A stretch of DNA of 64,000 nt from contig JBHLLP010000015.1 of the NCBI GenBank assembly GCA_048885525.1, positions 1-64,000 of the forward strand. The letters run 5' to 3'. The position numbers were made by a program, and so were the translations under genes. The notes under the pieces are model-generated. The model was not told the origin of the DNA. It did not search any database and was given only the letters and a program-made list of their open reading frames with translations. Source of the stretch: Candidatus Hermodarchaeota archaeon. Its GTDB lineage: Archaea > Asgardarchaeota > Lokiarchaeia > Sigyniarchaeales > SOKP01. Positions 19,791-30,119 of this stretch are shown in pieces. Each line of letters begins with the position of its first letter. Within the stretch, counting starts at the first letter, position 1.

Positions 19791-20668
19791 ATCCTTATTA
19801 ATTTTGGAAATTTATTTTGTTTTAATAATTCTTTTTGAATTATGTCTTCTAATAGTTCTTCTCTTTCACTTCCAGAAAGAATTTCTAATTTTCTGATATT
19901 TAATGGATCCACCTTTTCTCTTAGTAATTCAATTTCTTTCTTCGAAGGAGGTAAAGTTCCTTCTATTTTATCCGGAATAATCAGTTCAAATCCAGTTGAA
20001 TTTTTTATAGTCTCAGGTTCAATCCCTGGATGAATTGACTTTAATCTCATCCTTTTTGTTTTGTTTTCAAAATCTAAATATGCTAGATTAGTAATCACGC
20101 ATTGGGGACCTGAACCACCACATATAGAAGGCTTTCCATCTGGAAATCCTACTCCAGAGATGAAGGATATATCTTCAGTGGGTACAAATGTTCTTTTATC
20201 ATGTCTTGGAGTATAAAGAAAAGAACCACGAGAATAAAACATACTAAAATCAAGAATGCCCGCAGCTCCGGGAAGTCTAATTTTAGGTTTATTCCAATCA
20301 CCTATACATATATTATTACTATTCCCGTATTGATCTATTTGAGCTGGTCTAAAGAATTCAATAGTTGTAAGTTTATCAGAAGGAAGAGATTCTAGCGTAC
20401 ATTCTACGCTGTCTTGGAATCGATAAGCTCGAGCCGTATTCATTTCAAGATACAGTAGGCTTACTTGACGAGGTTCTAATACAAAGGTATTTCCCATTAT
20501 ATAATGATATATTGCATCAGGAGCATGAGTTACTTTTGCTAATGTAAAAGCTGCCCATACCATAGGTGTTGCAACCCCAACAATCATGACATCATCGTTT
20601 CTGACTTCTCTTGACATTAAAACAGTCATCATCTCATCAATAGTATAATCTTTTGAATAATCACTCAT
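19787..20668 (-). CDS. CoA-transferase family I subunit B (GctB-like)
   Basis: AQIDQYGNSN, RLPGAAG, VITNLA, SIHPG, TGFEL. Confidence 0.9.
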   Translation of the reverse strand: MSDYSKDYTIDEMMTVLMSREVRNDDVMIVGVATPMVWAAFTLAKVTHAPDAIYHYIMGNTFVLEPRQVSLLYLEMNTARAYRFQDSVECTLESLPSDKLTTIEFFRPAQIDQYGNSNNICIGDWNKPKIRLPGAAGILDFSMFYSRGSFLYTPRHDKRTFVPTEDISFISGVGFPDGKPSICGGSGPQCVITNLAYLDFENKTKRMRLKSIHPGIEPETIKNSTGFELIIPDKIEGTLPPSKKEIELLREKVDPLNIRKLEILSGSEREELLEDIIQKELLKQNKFPKLIRI

Positions 20669-20680
20669 TAATTTAACCTC

Positions 20681-21541
20681 CTATATTAATATATTAGAAA
20701 TAGTTTGTATTCCCCCTGTTTCTTCTAAATATTGAATAGGTGTTTTATTAGTTATGAATTTTTTTTTATAATTTTCAAAATTAGTTTTTAAATAACATTG
20801 AATATGAAGAGGATCAAATGTATAAATTGGATAACATGAGGTGGGATGTGCTCCAAATGGAACTTTAACAACAGCACTAGTAGTTTGAATAGGTAATTGA
20901 GCTTTTCCTGGCAAGTAGCGAATATCCTCTGTTTCAACTAATTTTTCGCAAACAATAATAGTTTTTTTTGCGGTTTTTCCCATATCAGCGTCCATCCATA
21001 CAGCTCCAGCAATATTACCATTCCCAAATTCGTCAGCATATGGTACATGAATTATTGCGACATCTAAATCGATCTTAGGTACTGTCATTACCTGTATTCC
21101 AGAGCCAAGAGGATCTTCAATTTGTTTAATATCATTTCTTACTTTTGGCATATCTGTACCAATAAGTCCTTTCAAAGGCATGAAAGGAACCTTCAAATAT
21201 GAAGCTCTTAATCCTAAAGCGATTGTAGCTTCACTTTCTTCTGATATTTTAATCGAACTAGATTCTACAGCCCTTCTGTAATTTGGTGCCATTCCGAAAA
21301 TCTCCATTCCAACAAAACAAGAACGTACCTCTGAAACGCAACCTCCAGCAATTAACATATCAATTTCAATACCGCCAACAAATGTACATAAAGATAAATC
21401 CTTTTTATTTTGTCTAACTATTTCTCTACATGCACTAATTGGCTTTCTCCAAAAAGAAAGCCCCCCAAATCCTACAAGATCTCCATCTTGAACATAATTA
21501 GAAATTGCATCCTCTAAAGACATTAATTTGCTCTGAATCAT
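20681..21541 (-). CDS. CoA-transferase family I subunit A (GctA-like)
   Basis: KLMSLEDAI..V.DGD, PFMP, DVAIIHV..AD..GN, PFGAHPTSC. Confidence 0.9.
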   Translation of the reverse strand: MIQSKLMSLEDAISNYVQDGDLVGFGGLSFWRKPISACREIVRQNKKDLSLCTFVGGIEIDMLIAGGCVSEVRSCFVGMEIFGMAPNYRRAVESSSIKISEESEATIALGLRASYLKVPFMPLKGLIGTDMPKVRNDIKQIEDPLGSGIQVMTVPKIDLDVAIIHVPYADEFGNGNIAGAVWMDADMGKTAKKTIIVCEKLVETEDIRYLPGKAQLPIQTTSAVVKVPFGAHPTSCYPIYTFDPLHIQCYLKTNFENYKKKFITNKTPIQYLEETGGIQTISNILI

Positions 21542-21746
21542 TCTAAATCAACTTCTTAATTCAAATTTTTAAAAAGGCTTTTTTGAATTTAATATAGAAA
21601 ATATAATTATTTTTCAAATTAAAAGTAATAATATTTAGTAAATTATTGGAGGGATTTTCTTTATACTCTAAATTCTCTTTTTACTAAATGTTCCTTATTA
21701 AAAAACTAATAATCAATATCTTTTTTCCAAAAGATTGAAACAATAA

Positions 21747-22514
21747 TTAATTTTTTTTAACTTTATCCAATTCCTTTTTCAGTTTTACAAAATATTCTGG
21801 TGTAGATATTTGATATGGTATGGGATATCTTGTCCCTGCTTTATGTGTCTCCTCCATACCGACTATTATTTCATCAATTATACCAATTGGTATTGAAGCA
21901 ATTAAATCATTATCTGTGGCATTTCCATATCGACGATCGCCCAAGCAAGGAAAAGCTATTTGTAAATCATTGGTGAGAAGTGTATTTGATATTGTATCTG
22001 CGCATACACCATCACAGAAAGTAGACATTGAAATTCTACCACCCTTTTTCCATAAATAACCTTGAATGATTCTCATGATTTGTGCGGAATTAGCCCATAT
22101 GAGGATTATATCAGGATCAAAATCAATGCGATGCAGAGCACCTGAAAGAATGGCTTTATATTTTCCATATGGAATTTTAGGTATGGTTTGTGTAGTTTTT
22201 TTTGCGGCTTCCTTTGTTTCATTATATCTTCCCAGAAAAAAAGCGCCTTCTTCAAATAATTTATGAGATTCCTCAAAACCTAAAGAAATATCAGCAAGTG
22301 GACATATATTATCTTCTTTATTACAACCCATCGTCCATCCATAATATCTGGAAAAACTGAAAAGTTGGCATATTACCATTTCAGTTTCTGGTCTTTTTAG
22401 GAATTTTATATTATTTAAATCATTTGGATCTTCTAATAATTTTACCGCAACTGGAAAAGTAGCTAATCTAAGATACTTATTCAGCTGATTATTTAATTTT
22501 TCATATTTACCCAT
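21747..22514 (-). CDS. DUF169 family protein
   Basis: PVAVKL, CQ....R, CP....LG, GVCAD, PCLGDRRY. Confidence 0.85.
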   Translation of the reverse strand: MGKYEKLNNQLNKYLRLATFPVAVKLLEDPNDLNNIKFLKRPETEMVICQLFSFSRYYGWTMGCNKEDNICPLADISLGFEESHKLFEEGAFFLGRYNETKEAAKKTTQTIPKIPYGKYKAILSGALHRIDFDPDIILIWANSAQIMRIIQGYLWKKGGRISMSTFCDGVCADTISNTLLTNDLQIAFPCLGDRRYGNATDNDLIASIPIGIIDEIIVGMEETHKAGTRYPIPYQISTPEYFVKLKKELDKVKKN

Positions 22515-22596
22515 GGAATCACATATCTTTAGTATTTAAAAAATAATTAAATGATAGAGTATTTCAAAATATAATAAATTAATACTTTAGAAAAAG

Positions 22597-23139
22597 ATGG
22601 ATACAACCAGAAAGAGATTAAAACAAGGATTAGTTCAAGTATACTTTGGACGAGGAAAAGGTAAGACCACTGCCGCAATAGGGCAAGGTGTACGTGCAAC
22701 AGGACATGGATTTAAAGTATATATGATTCAATTTATGAAAGGAAATTATAAGTACGGTGAAATTGAAGCTATTAAAAATATACCGAATTTTGAATTGAAA
22801 CAATTTGGTAGTCCTGATCTAATTGCAGAACCGGGAGAATTTGATATAAATGAAGGAAAAAAAGCTCTTGCTTTCGCTGAAGAGACTATTATGAGTGATA
22901 AATATGATATTGTCATTCTTGATGAAGTAGGAGTTGCCATATCAATGAATGTAATACCTGTTGAACCAGTTTTGGATCTTATAAAAAGGAAGCCAAAGTT
23001 TGTAGAATTAATACTTACAGGAGGACCAAAAATGCATCCTAAGATAAAAGAGATAGCTGATTTGGTTACTGAGATGAGAATGATAAAACATTACTATTCT
23101 TCTCAAGGAATCACCGGTAGATATGGTATAGAATATTAA
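22597..23139 (+). CDS. cobO: Cob(I)alamin adenosyltransferase (CobO/BtuR/CobA type)
   Basis: VYFGRGKGKTTAA.G, IQFMKG, ILDE, ELILTG, ADLVTEM..IKH, GIEY. Confidence 0.93.
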   Translation: MDTTRKRLKQGLVQVYFGRGKGKTTAAIGQGVRATGHGFKVYMIQFMKGNYKYGEIEAIKNIPNFELKQFGSPDLIAEPGEFDINEGKKALAFAEETIMSDKYDIVILDEVGVAISMNVIPVEPVLDLIKRKPKFVELILTGGPKMHPKIKEIADLVTEMRMIKHYYSSQGITGRYGIEY

Positions 23140-23230
23140 TATAGACAAATTTAACCTTTATATAAACACATTATATGGAAAGAGAACAGATTTTTATTAA
23201 AACTATTGATTATTAAAAATCATAAAAAAT

Positions 23231-23596
23231 ATGTCACCTTTAAGTTTTAAAAAACTAATTGCTGTTTGTGGCTTAGATTGTGCTCAGTGTAAGATCTACT
23301 TGGCCCCCTTTAATCCTAAAATTACTCAGCAATTAATTAGAACCTTTAATAATATTTGGGATAATGTAAAACCTGAAGATTTCCATTGTAGTACATGTAG
23401 AGGTGAAATTTCCGATTGCTGGACAAAAGAGTGCTGGATACGAAATTGTTGTATAAATAATAAAAAGTTAGAATTTTGTTATCAATGCCAAGATTTCCCT
23501 TGTGAAGGCTTAAAAGAGAGGGCAAATAAAAGTAAAAGATATAAAGCTGCCTTAAATAATCTAAAAAAAATGAAGAAGAAGGGAAGGAAGGATTAG
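23231..23596 (+). CDS. DUF3795 Cys-rich protein
   Basis: CGLDCAQC..Y, C..CR, C.IR.CC, FCYQCQDFPC. Confidence 0.85.
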   Translation: MSPLSFKKLIAVCGLDCAQCKIYLAPFNPKITQQLIRTFNNIWDNVKPEDFHCSTCRGEISDCWTKECWIRNCCINNKKLEFCYQCQDFPCEGLKERANKSKRYKAALNNLKKMKKKGRKD

Positions 23597-23720
23597 TTCA
23601 TAATAATGTTCAAATTATAGAGTATTTTCTTTCTAATCCTGCAAAATCAAAATATTATTGTTCAATTACATATTTTTCATTTATTATCTCAAAATTAAAA
23701 TTATCTTTATTAGAGAATTA

Positions 23721-24941
23721 ATGGAACTTGATAATATAGATAAAAATAAACGCAGAAATCTAGTTGCTTTAGCCATCACCAAATTAATTCATGGATTTGG
23801 AGTGGGGATGTTTGCTATAGTCTATCAACCATATTTACTTGAACTTACAAATTCAATCGTATTAACGGGGCTATTTATTTCATTTGGATTAATAATACAA
23901 TTTATGCCAATGCCATTAATAGGGAGATTATCTGATAATTTTAACCGTAAATTCATCCTTATTTCAAGTGTACCTATAAATATTTTAGGTCTAATATTTT
24001 TAGTTTTAGCTAATGTAAATAGTATCTATTTTGTTATTTTTGGAATAATATTTTATTTTTTAGGTTTCATACTTAATAATTTAAACTCTCAATTCTTAGT
24101 TGCAGAAAATAGTAATAAATCTAAGGGAAGAACTTTTGGGTTTATGTTTTTTTCCTATTTTACTGGGAATATTGGTGGAACATTTTTTATAATTCTAGGA
24201 GAAGGTCTCAATTCTAGATTTTATTTGACATTTTTTGTTCTATTGTTAATTTGTGAAGAGATATTCTTCACATTCTTTCTTACTGGTCAAATTAAAAATA
24301 ATCCAAATCAAAAACTTCAAATTAATAATAATATTAAGAGGAAAGAAAACATGTGGGTAAAGATATTTACGACAAAAACATTAAGATCAATTTTAATATT
24401 CTTTACATTAGATGTTTTCGTTTATAGCATTTCTTATTCAATATATCCTGGTGGACTGAATGATTTTTATAGTCTTACCAAAGAAGAAATTGCTTTCATT
24501 TCATTATGGTTTAATATTGGAAATTTGATTTTTCAAATTCCCGCTGGACATATAACAGATAAAATTGGTAATAAAAAAGTATTAATCCTAAGTCAATTCT
24601 TTGGATTTGGTTTTTTTTTCATGAACATATTATCTGTTATCCTTTGGATGAATTTTATTAGGCATACTTTGATCCTCACACTAAGTATTGGATATTTTTT
24701 ATTTGCTTTATCTGTTTGTACTTTTATACCAGCTGAGCAAATAATATTAACAAATTTAGGCGAGGATCAGAAATCTGAATCTTATGGGATAGTTTCATTT
24801 TTTAGAGGTATTGGACTGATTCCTACTGGAATTATAGGAGGTTTACTTGTCGAATATATTCATTATATCTCACCATTTATCTTTAGTACCATAGGACTTC
24901 TATTTGAGATATTATTCATCATAAAATATCTTCATGAGTAA
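23721..24941 (+). CDS. MFS transporter
   Basis: GRLSDNFNRK and GHITDKIGNK motif-A copies; about 12 TM; ATG 23721 preferred as start. Confidence 0.88.
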   Translation: MELDNIDKNKRRNLVALAITKLIHGFGVGMFAIVYQPYLLELTNSIVLTGLFISFGLIIQFMPMPLIGRLSDNFNRKFILISSVPINILGLIFLVLANVNSIYFVIFGIIFYFLGFILNNLNSQFLVAENSNKSKGRTFGFMFFSYFTGNIGGTFFIILGEGLNSRFYLTFFVLLLICEEIFFTFFLTGQIKNNPNQKLQINNNIKRKENMWVKIFTTKTLRSILIFFTLDVFVYSISYSIYPGGLNDFYSLTKEEIAFISLWFNIGNLIFQIPAGHITDKIGNKKVLILSQFFGFGFFFMNILSVILWMNFIRHTLILTLSIGYFLFALSVCTFIPAEQIILTNLGEDQKSESYGIVSFFRGIGLIPTGIIGGLLVEYIHYISPFIFSTIGLLFEILFIIKYLHE

Positions 24942-25048
24942 TCTATATTTTTTAGATTTAAAATCATAAGAATTAAAATTTTTCTTTAACTCAAAAAATT
25001 AGAATTTTTAAAATAATAAAGTGAATCAAAAAATAAAATGATGAAAAT

Positions 25049-26308
25049 ATGGGAAAATTAGCAAGAAGAGTGGCCATGATTGGAGCGGGTATGAGTAAAT
25101 TTGGAGCACATTTTCCTCATAAAAGAAATCCAGATTTATGGATTGATGCCTGGCTTGATGCAGTAAGTAGAGTTGATAATGGTATTGAACCTAAAGACAT
25201 TGATGCTTGTTATGTTGGAAATTATTCTTCAGATCTATTTAATCACCAAGGACATTTAGGGCCTCAAATGGCAGACTTAGTAGGATTAGTACCTAAACCA
25301 GCAGGTCGATTCGAAGGGGCATGTGCTAGTAGTGGAATTGCCCTTAGACAAGCAATTTTAGCAATTGCATCAGGAGTTCACGATGTTATTGCAGTAAGTG
25401 GAGTTGAATGTATGACAGAACAACCTACAGTGAATGTTACAGATGTATTAGCTACAGCTTCAGATAGTTTATTTGAATATCCTGCTGGAGCAACATTTCC
25501 TGGTTTATACGCGACTTTAGCTTCAGCTCATTTCCACAAATATGGAACCACGGTGGAAGATTTAATGAGAGTTGGTATTAAAAATCATGAAAATGGTAAG
25601 GAAAATCCTTATGCTCAAATGCAAAGTTCTATTAAAGATATGATGAATAGTAAGATTGCAAAAATTGAAAAATCAGGCGGAGAAGTTCCAGATTGGAAGG
25701 ATGAATTTGATTATCTTAAAAGTAGTTCAAATCCTATTATTGCTTACCCTTTAAGGTTATTCGATTGTAGTCTAATTACTGATGGAGCTGCATGTGTATT
25801 TTTAGCAGCTGAAAATGTGGCAAAAAATTTTACTGATACTCCAATTTGGATTAAAGGTACTGGTCAAGGTAGTGCAGCATTATCTTTACATGATAGAGAT
25901 GATTTAACTAGTTTTATTGCATCTAAAGAAGCAGCGCGACAAGCATATGAAATGTCGGGATTAAAACCTAAAGACATTCAGGTTGCTGAAGTTCATGATT
26001 GCTTTACTATTGCAGAAATAGTAGCATTAGAAGATTTAGGATTTTATGAAAAAGGGAAAGCTGTTGATGCAATTAGAGATGGGGAAACTAAACGAGATGG
26101 TTCATTGCCAATAAATACGAGTGGAGGTTTAAAAAGTAAAGGTCATCCTGTGGGTGCTACTGGCGCAGCATTTTGTGTAGAAGCGTTCAAACAAATGAGG
26201 GGTATTGCTGAAAGAAATAGGCAAGTAAAATTTGATGTAGAAAGAATGTTAACTCATAATTTAGGTGGTTCAGGAGCTACATGTGTGGTGACAATTTTTG
26301 AAAAATAG
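25049..26308 (+). CDS. Thiolase (archaeal/SCP2-type acetyl-CoA acyltransferase)
   Basis: EGACASS catalytic Cys, EVHDCF, KGHPVGATG, HNLGG. Confidence 0.95.
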   Translation: MGKLARRVAMIGAGMSKFGAHFPHKRNPDLWIDAWLDAVSRVDNGIEPKDIDACYVGNYSSDLFNHQGHLGPQMADLVGLVPKPAGRFEGACASSGIALRQAILAIASGVHDVIAVSGVECMTEQPTVNVTDVLATASDSLFEYPAGATFPGLYATLASAHFHKYGTTVEDLMRVGIKNHENGKENPYAQMQSSIKDMMNSKIAKIEKSGGEVPDWKDEFDYLKSSSNPIIAYPLRLFDCSLITDGAACVFLAAENVAKNFTDTPIWIKGTGQGSAALSLHDRDDLTSFIASKEAARQAYEMSGLKPKDIQVAEVHDCFTIAEIVALEDLGFYEKGKAVDAIRDGETKRDGSLPINTSGGLKSKGHPVGATGAAFCVEAFKQMRGIAERNRQVKFDVERMLTHNLGGSGATCVVTIFEK

Positions 26309-26319
26309 AGGTGTAAAAA

Positions 26320-26742
26320 ATGACTGAAAGTGAAAGAGATTTTACAATAAAAAGTTATATAGATTATTTATCTGAAAAGAAATTAATGGGTTCAAAATGT
26401 AAAGGTTGTGGTGCTACCTATGTTCCTGTAAGAAAATTGTGTACTAAATGCGCTAAAGCAAACATGGAATGGGTGGAAATGTCAGGAAATGGCAAAATTG
26501 CAGCTTTTACGAGTATAACAGTTGGCACTCCATTTTTTGTGGAAAAAGGGTATAATAGAAATAAACCTTATTGTTTTTCAGTAATAAAACTAGACGAAGG
26601 TCCAATGGTAAGCGGACAGTTAATAGGAGTAGATGAGAGTAAACCTGAAACAATTAAGATTGGGACACCTGTTAAAGCCACATTTATTGAAACGGATATT
26701 AAAGGTGAAACAAGGGTTGATCTTGGTTTTGAACCCATTTAA
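26320..26742 (+). CDS. DUF35 zinc-ribbon/OB-fold thiolase partner
   Basis: CKGCG..Y.P.R..CTKC, SGNGKI..FT, IGTPV; directly downstream of the thiolase. Confidence 0.92.
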   Translation: MTESERDFTIKSYIDYLSEKKLMGSKCKGCGATYVPVRKLCTKCAKANMEWVEMSGNGKIAAFTSITVGTPFFVEKGYNRNKPYCFSVIKLDEGPMVSGQLIGVDESKPETIKIGTPVKATFIETDIKGETRVDLGFEPI

Positions 26743-26779
26743 AAATATAATTTTTTTTTCCTTTAATTTCAGAATATCC

Positions 26780-28810
26780 TTAACCTAAATATTCAAATTT
26801 AGTTTGAAGTTGAATATTTCGTGAAGAACTCCCTATTAATATGATGAATTCTCCTTTTTCTGCAATCCATTTCCCATTTATTTCACTAAAAAAAGAAAGA
26901 TCACTTTTATCTATTTCAAATTCAATCATTGATCTTTCTCTTGGTTTAAGGGATACTCTTTTAAATCCTTTAAGTTCTTTAAAAGGTCTCTCTTCACTGG
27001 ATTCAACATCTCGTATATATAGTTGAACAATTTCTGTACCTGAATAATCACCTGAATTTACAATGTCAACAGAAATAATAAGAGATTCACTACTAGTAAT
27101 TTTTTCTTGAGAAATTATAAGATTTTCATAGTCAAATTTAGTGTAGGATAATCCATGACCAAAGGGAAAAAGGGGTTCAATATTTTTTGTATCAAAATAG
27201 CGATAACCAACAAAAATTCCTTCATCATAAAAAACTTTTTCATCGCCGGGATAAGTTTTTTTGGATTTATGTGCCGGTGAATCAGAGAGTTTTTTTGGAA
27301 ACGTTATAGGAAGTTTGCCCGAAGGATTTACATCACCAAAAAGTATAGCAGCAATCGCATTTCCAGACTCCATACCACCGTACCAAGCTTGTATCACAAC
27401 TGGAACCCTGTTAATCCATTCAATCATAGATACTGGACTTCCCGAAATTAAAACTACTATTGTATTTAAACTTTCTTTAACTGTTTTTTTAATAAGATCA
27501 ACTTGTTCTGGAGGCAAACTAAAAGAATTTCTGTCATCACCTTCCACATCCATTCCTTTCATATGTTTGAGTCCAACAAAAATTAGAGATATATCTGCTT
27601 TAGAAGGTGAATCAATTATATCAATTTTACCTTGGCATTTCTTTTTTAACCCTTCAAGTGGTGTAATCTCGTAAGGAGGAAAATTGTCAGAGCTTCCACC
27701 TCCTAGATATGTCTGTAAATTCGCATTTGGCCCAATTACAGCAATTTTCTTAATTTTCTCAATATCTAAAGGAAGAATATTTCTATTATTTTTTAAAAGG
27801 ATTATACCTTCTTCAGCAATTTTACGGGATAAAGCTTGATGTTCAGGAGTATTACGACTTCCTTTTGGCAAAATACTCTCATCATCAAAAAGACCCGTAA
27901 GAAACATTACTCTCAGCAATCGTTTTATATTGTTATTCAATGTTTCTTTTGAGAATTTACCGTCTTCATAAGCCTTTTTCAATCTGGATTTCATATACTT
28001 ATTTTGCATTGGCATTTCTAAAGTTAAACCTGCATTTACGCAACTTTCTGTACTTGATGTACGAAGTGTTGCCATCCAATCTGATACAACAAAACCTCTA
28101 AATCCCCAATTATTCCTCAATACTTCTCTAAGGAAGTGTTTATGCTCAGAACCATATATTCCGTTTATTTTATTATAACTACTCATTATTGACCATGCAT
28201 CTGCTTCTTCTACAGCTGCTTTAAATGCTGGAAAATATATCTCTTGAAGCGCCCTTTCACACACCTCCGAACTTACAGTAAATCTATTTATTTCTTGATT
28301 ATTACAGATAAAATGTTTTACACATGCTGCAATTCTTTGACTTTGAACTCCTTTTACCATAGCATTCGCTAATTTTTTATTTAAATATGGATCTTCTGTT
28401 TGATATTCAAATGTTCGACCACACATAGGTGTTCTTTGAATATTTATTCCTGGAGCAAGTAGCATTTGGCCCCCAACATCCCGGACTTCTTGTGCTATTG
28501 CTATTCCAAATTGCTCAGATAATTCTGGATTCCAAGTAGCAGCTCTGCAAATAGCTGAAGGAAAATAAGTGGATTGTATTTTACCTTGACTATCAACCCT
28601 AACTCCATGAGGGCCATCATGCATAGCAAATGGTTTTATCCCTAATCTTTTTATTGGTTTTGTATACCAGTTTCGCCTTCCTGCACATAATTTAAACTTT
28701 TCTTCTAATGTTAATCTTTCTAATAAATCTTCTACTCTTTTCTCAAGATCAAGATTACTATCCATAAATGGAAGTTCAGATAAATTTAGTTCCTCAGTTT
28801 TTTTACTCAT
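26780..28810 (-). CDS. GH3 beta-glucosidase with fibronectin-III C-terminus
   Basis: DGPHG, GRTFEY..EDP, KHF, GFVVSDW, NPSGKLP.TF, PFGHGLSYT.F. Confidence 0.95.
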   Translation of the reverse strand: MSKKTEELNLSELPFMDSNLDLEKRVEDLLERLTLEEKFKLCAGRRNWYTKPIKRLGIKPFAMHDGPHGVRVDSQGKIQSTYFPSAICRAATWNPELSEQFGIAIAQEVRDVGGQMLLAPGINIQRTPMCGRTFEYQTEDPYLNKKLANAMVKGVQSQRIAACVKHFICNNQEINRFTVSSEVCERALQEIYFPAFKAAVEEADAWSIMSSYNKINGIYGSEHKHFLREVLRNNWGFRGFVVSDWMATLRTSSTESCVNAGLTLEMPMQNKYMKSRLKKAYEDGKFSKETLNNNIKRLLRVMFLTGLFDDESILPKGSRNTPEHQALSRKIAEEGIILLKNNRNILPLDIEKIKKIAVIGPNANLQTYLGGGSSDNFPPYEITPLEGLKKKCQGKIDIIDSPSKADISLIFVGLKHMKGMDVEGDDRNSFSLPPEQVDLIKKTVKESLNTIVVLISGSPVSMIEWINRVPVVIQAWYGGMESGNAIAAILFGDVNPSGKLPITFPKKLSDSPAHKSKKTYPGDEKVFYDEGIFVGYRYFDTKNIEPLFPFGHGLSYTKFDYENLIISQEKITSSESLIISVDIVNSGDYSGTEIVQLYIRDVESSEERPFKELKGFKRVSLKPRERSMIEFEIDKSDLSFFSEINGKWIAEKGEFIILIGSSSRNIQLQTKFEYLG

Positions 28811-28922
28811 TATAACCACTTTTTTTATTAATAAAATCTAAAAAAAAATTAAGATTTATCTATACATAGAAAATAATTTGAAGAAGATTTTTTATATATA
28901 TCCTTCCCTATGGTGAATTTTA

Positions 28923-30119
28923 ATTCAAAGGAAATTTAGAAAATTAATTCCATTAATCATTATTTTAGTAGGAATAATTCTGTTTTTTATATTCTATTTT
29001 TTCCCTAACAATTTAAAAATTCAAAATCTTAATATTGAATTAAAGTTTAGTGGTGAAAATTCTTATTCTTTTATCGAAGATCAGTTAGACATTGGTTTTA
29101 GAATACCAGGAACTATTGAACGTATTAATTGTGCTAATTATTTTATATCCAAATTTGAAGAAATTGACAGTAATTTCACTTATAATCTTCATAATTTTAC
29201 GACTCATTTAACTGAATGTCAAAATATACTTTTTAAATTAAATGAAGCCAGAACTAACATAATAATATTAGGAGCTCATTATGATTCTCGTGCTAAAGCA
29301 ACAAAAGATCCTATAATTGCAAATAGAAGCAATCCGGTTCCAGGTGCAAATGATGGAGCAAGTGGCTGCGCTGTTTTAATTGAGCTCGCAAATGTGCTTT
29401 ATTCAGAGCGAGATAATTTATCTTGTCAAGTATGGTTTCTATTTTTTGATGCCGAAGATCAAGGATTGGATAATGCATATGGGATGGATGGATGGGATTG
29501 GTGTGAAGGATCCCAGAAATTTGTTTCAGATATTAATAATTTTTATAACTCTGAGATAGAGAATTTTGAATGTATGATTCTATTAGATATGGTGGGAGGG
29601 GAAAATCTAAAATTTATCAATGAACAGTACTCAACTTCTTCTTTATTAGATGAATTATTTTCAATAGGTAGACATTTAGGTTATACTCATCAATTTCCTT
29701 CGAATCCTGAGAGTGCCTCAATAATAGATGATCATAGACCGTTCTTAAGCGCAGGCATCCCTTCAGCAGATTTAATAATAAATTTTTGGGATAATCCTGG
29801 GTGGCCTTATCATCACACTACACAAGATGATCTTTCTCATATTTCAAACTATAGCCTTGAAGCTACAGGAAAAACAGTTGAGCAATTTATTTACAATAAT
29901 TATCTTGATGATCCATTTAATCTTTATCAAGGTAATTATCCATGGAGTCAAGATATAAATGTACCAAATATAGAAATAATTATAATAATTATCGTAGCTA
30001 TTGTTGGAGTTTCTATTGTTATATTGATTTTTACTAGAAATACTTCAAATAATGAAGTTGAATCAGGAATACGCAAAAAATCCAATTCCTTCTATTTTAT
30101 TATTGTTCCACACTGGTAG
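28923..30119 (+). CDS. M28-family zinc peptidase / glutaminyl-cyclase-like membrane protein; probable ATT start
   Basis: Frame open 157 codons upstream of the called GTG (29394), containing a signal anchor, GAHYDSR and PGANDGASG. Downstream FFDAED, LLDMVG, DDH.PF, HHT..D; C-terminal TM. Confidence 0.85.
   Translation: MQRKFRKLIPLIIILVGIILFFIFYFFPNNLKIQNLNIELKFSGENSYSFIEDQLDIGFRIPGTIERINCANYFISKFEEIDSNFTYNLHNFTTHLTECQNILFKLNEARTNIIILGAHYDSRAKATKDPIIANRSNPVPGANDGASGCAVLIELANVLYSERDNLSCQVWFLFFDAEDQGLDNAYGMDGWDWCEGSQKFVSDINNFYNSEIENFECMILLDMVGGENLKFINEQYSTSSLLDELFSIGRHLGYTHQFPSNPESASIIDDHRPFLSAGIPSADLIINFWDNPGWPYHHTTQDDLSHISNYSLEATGKTVEQFIYNNYLDDPFNLYQGNYPWSQDINVPNIEIIIIIIVAIVGVSIVILIFTRNTSNNEVESGIRKKSNSFYFIIVPHW

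Noticed and set aside
25049-26742. Thiolase + DUF35 pair as a novel system
   Set aside because: A well-known archaeal and bacterial gene pair.
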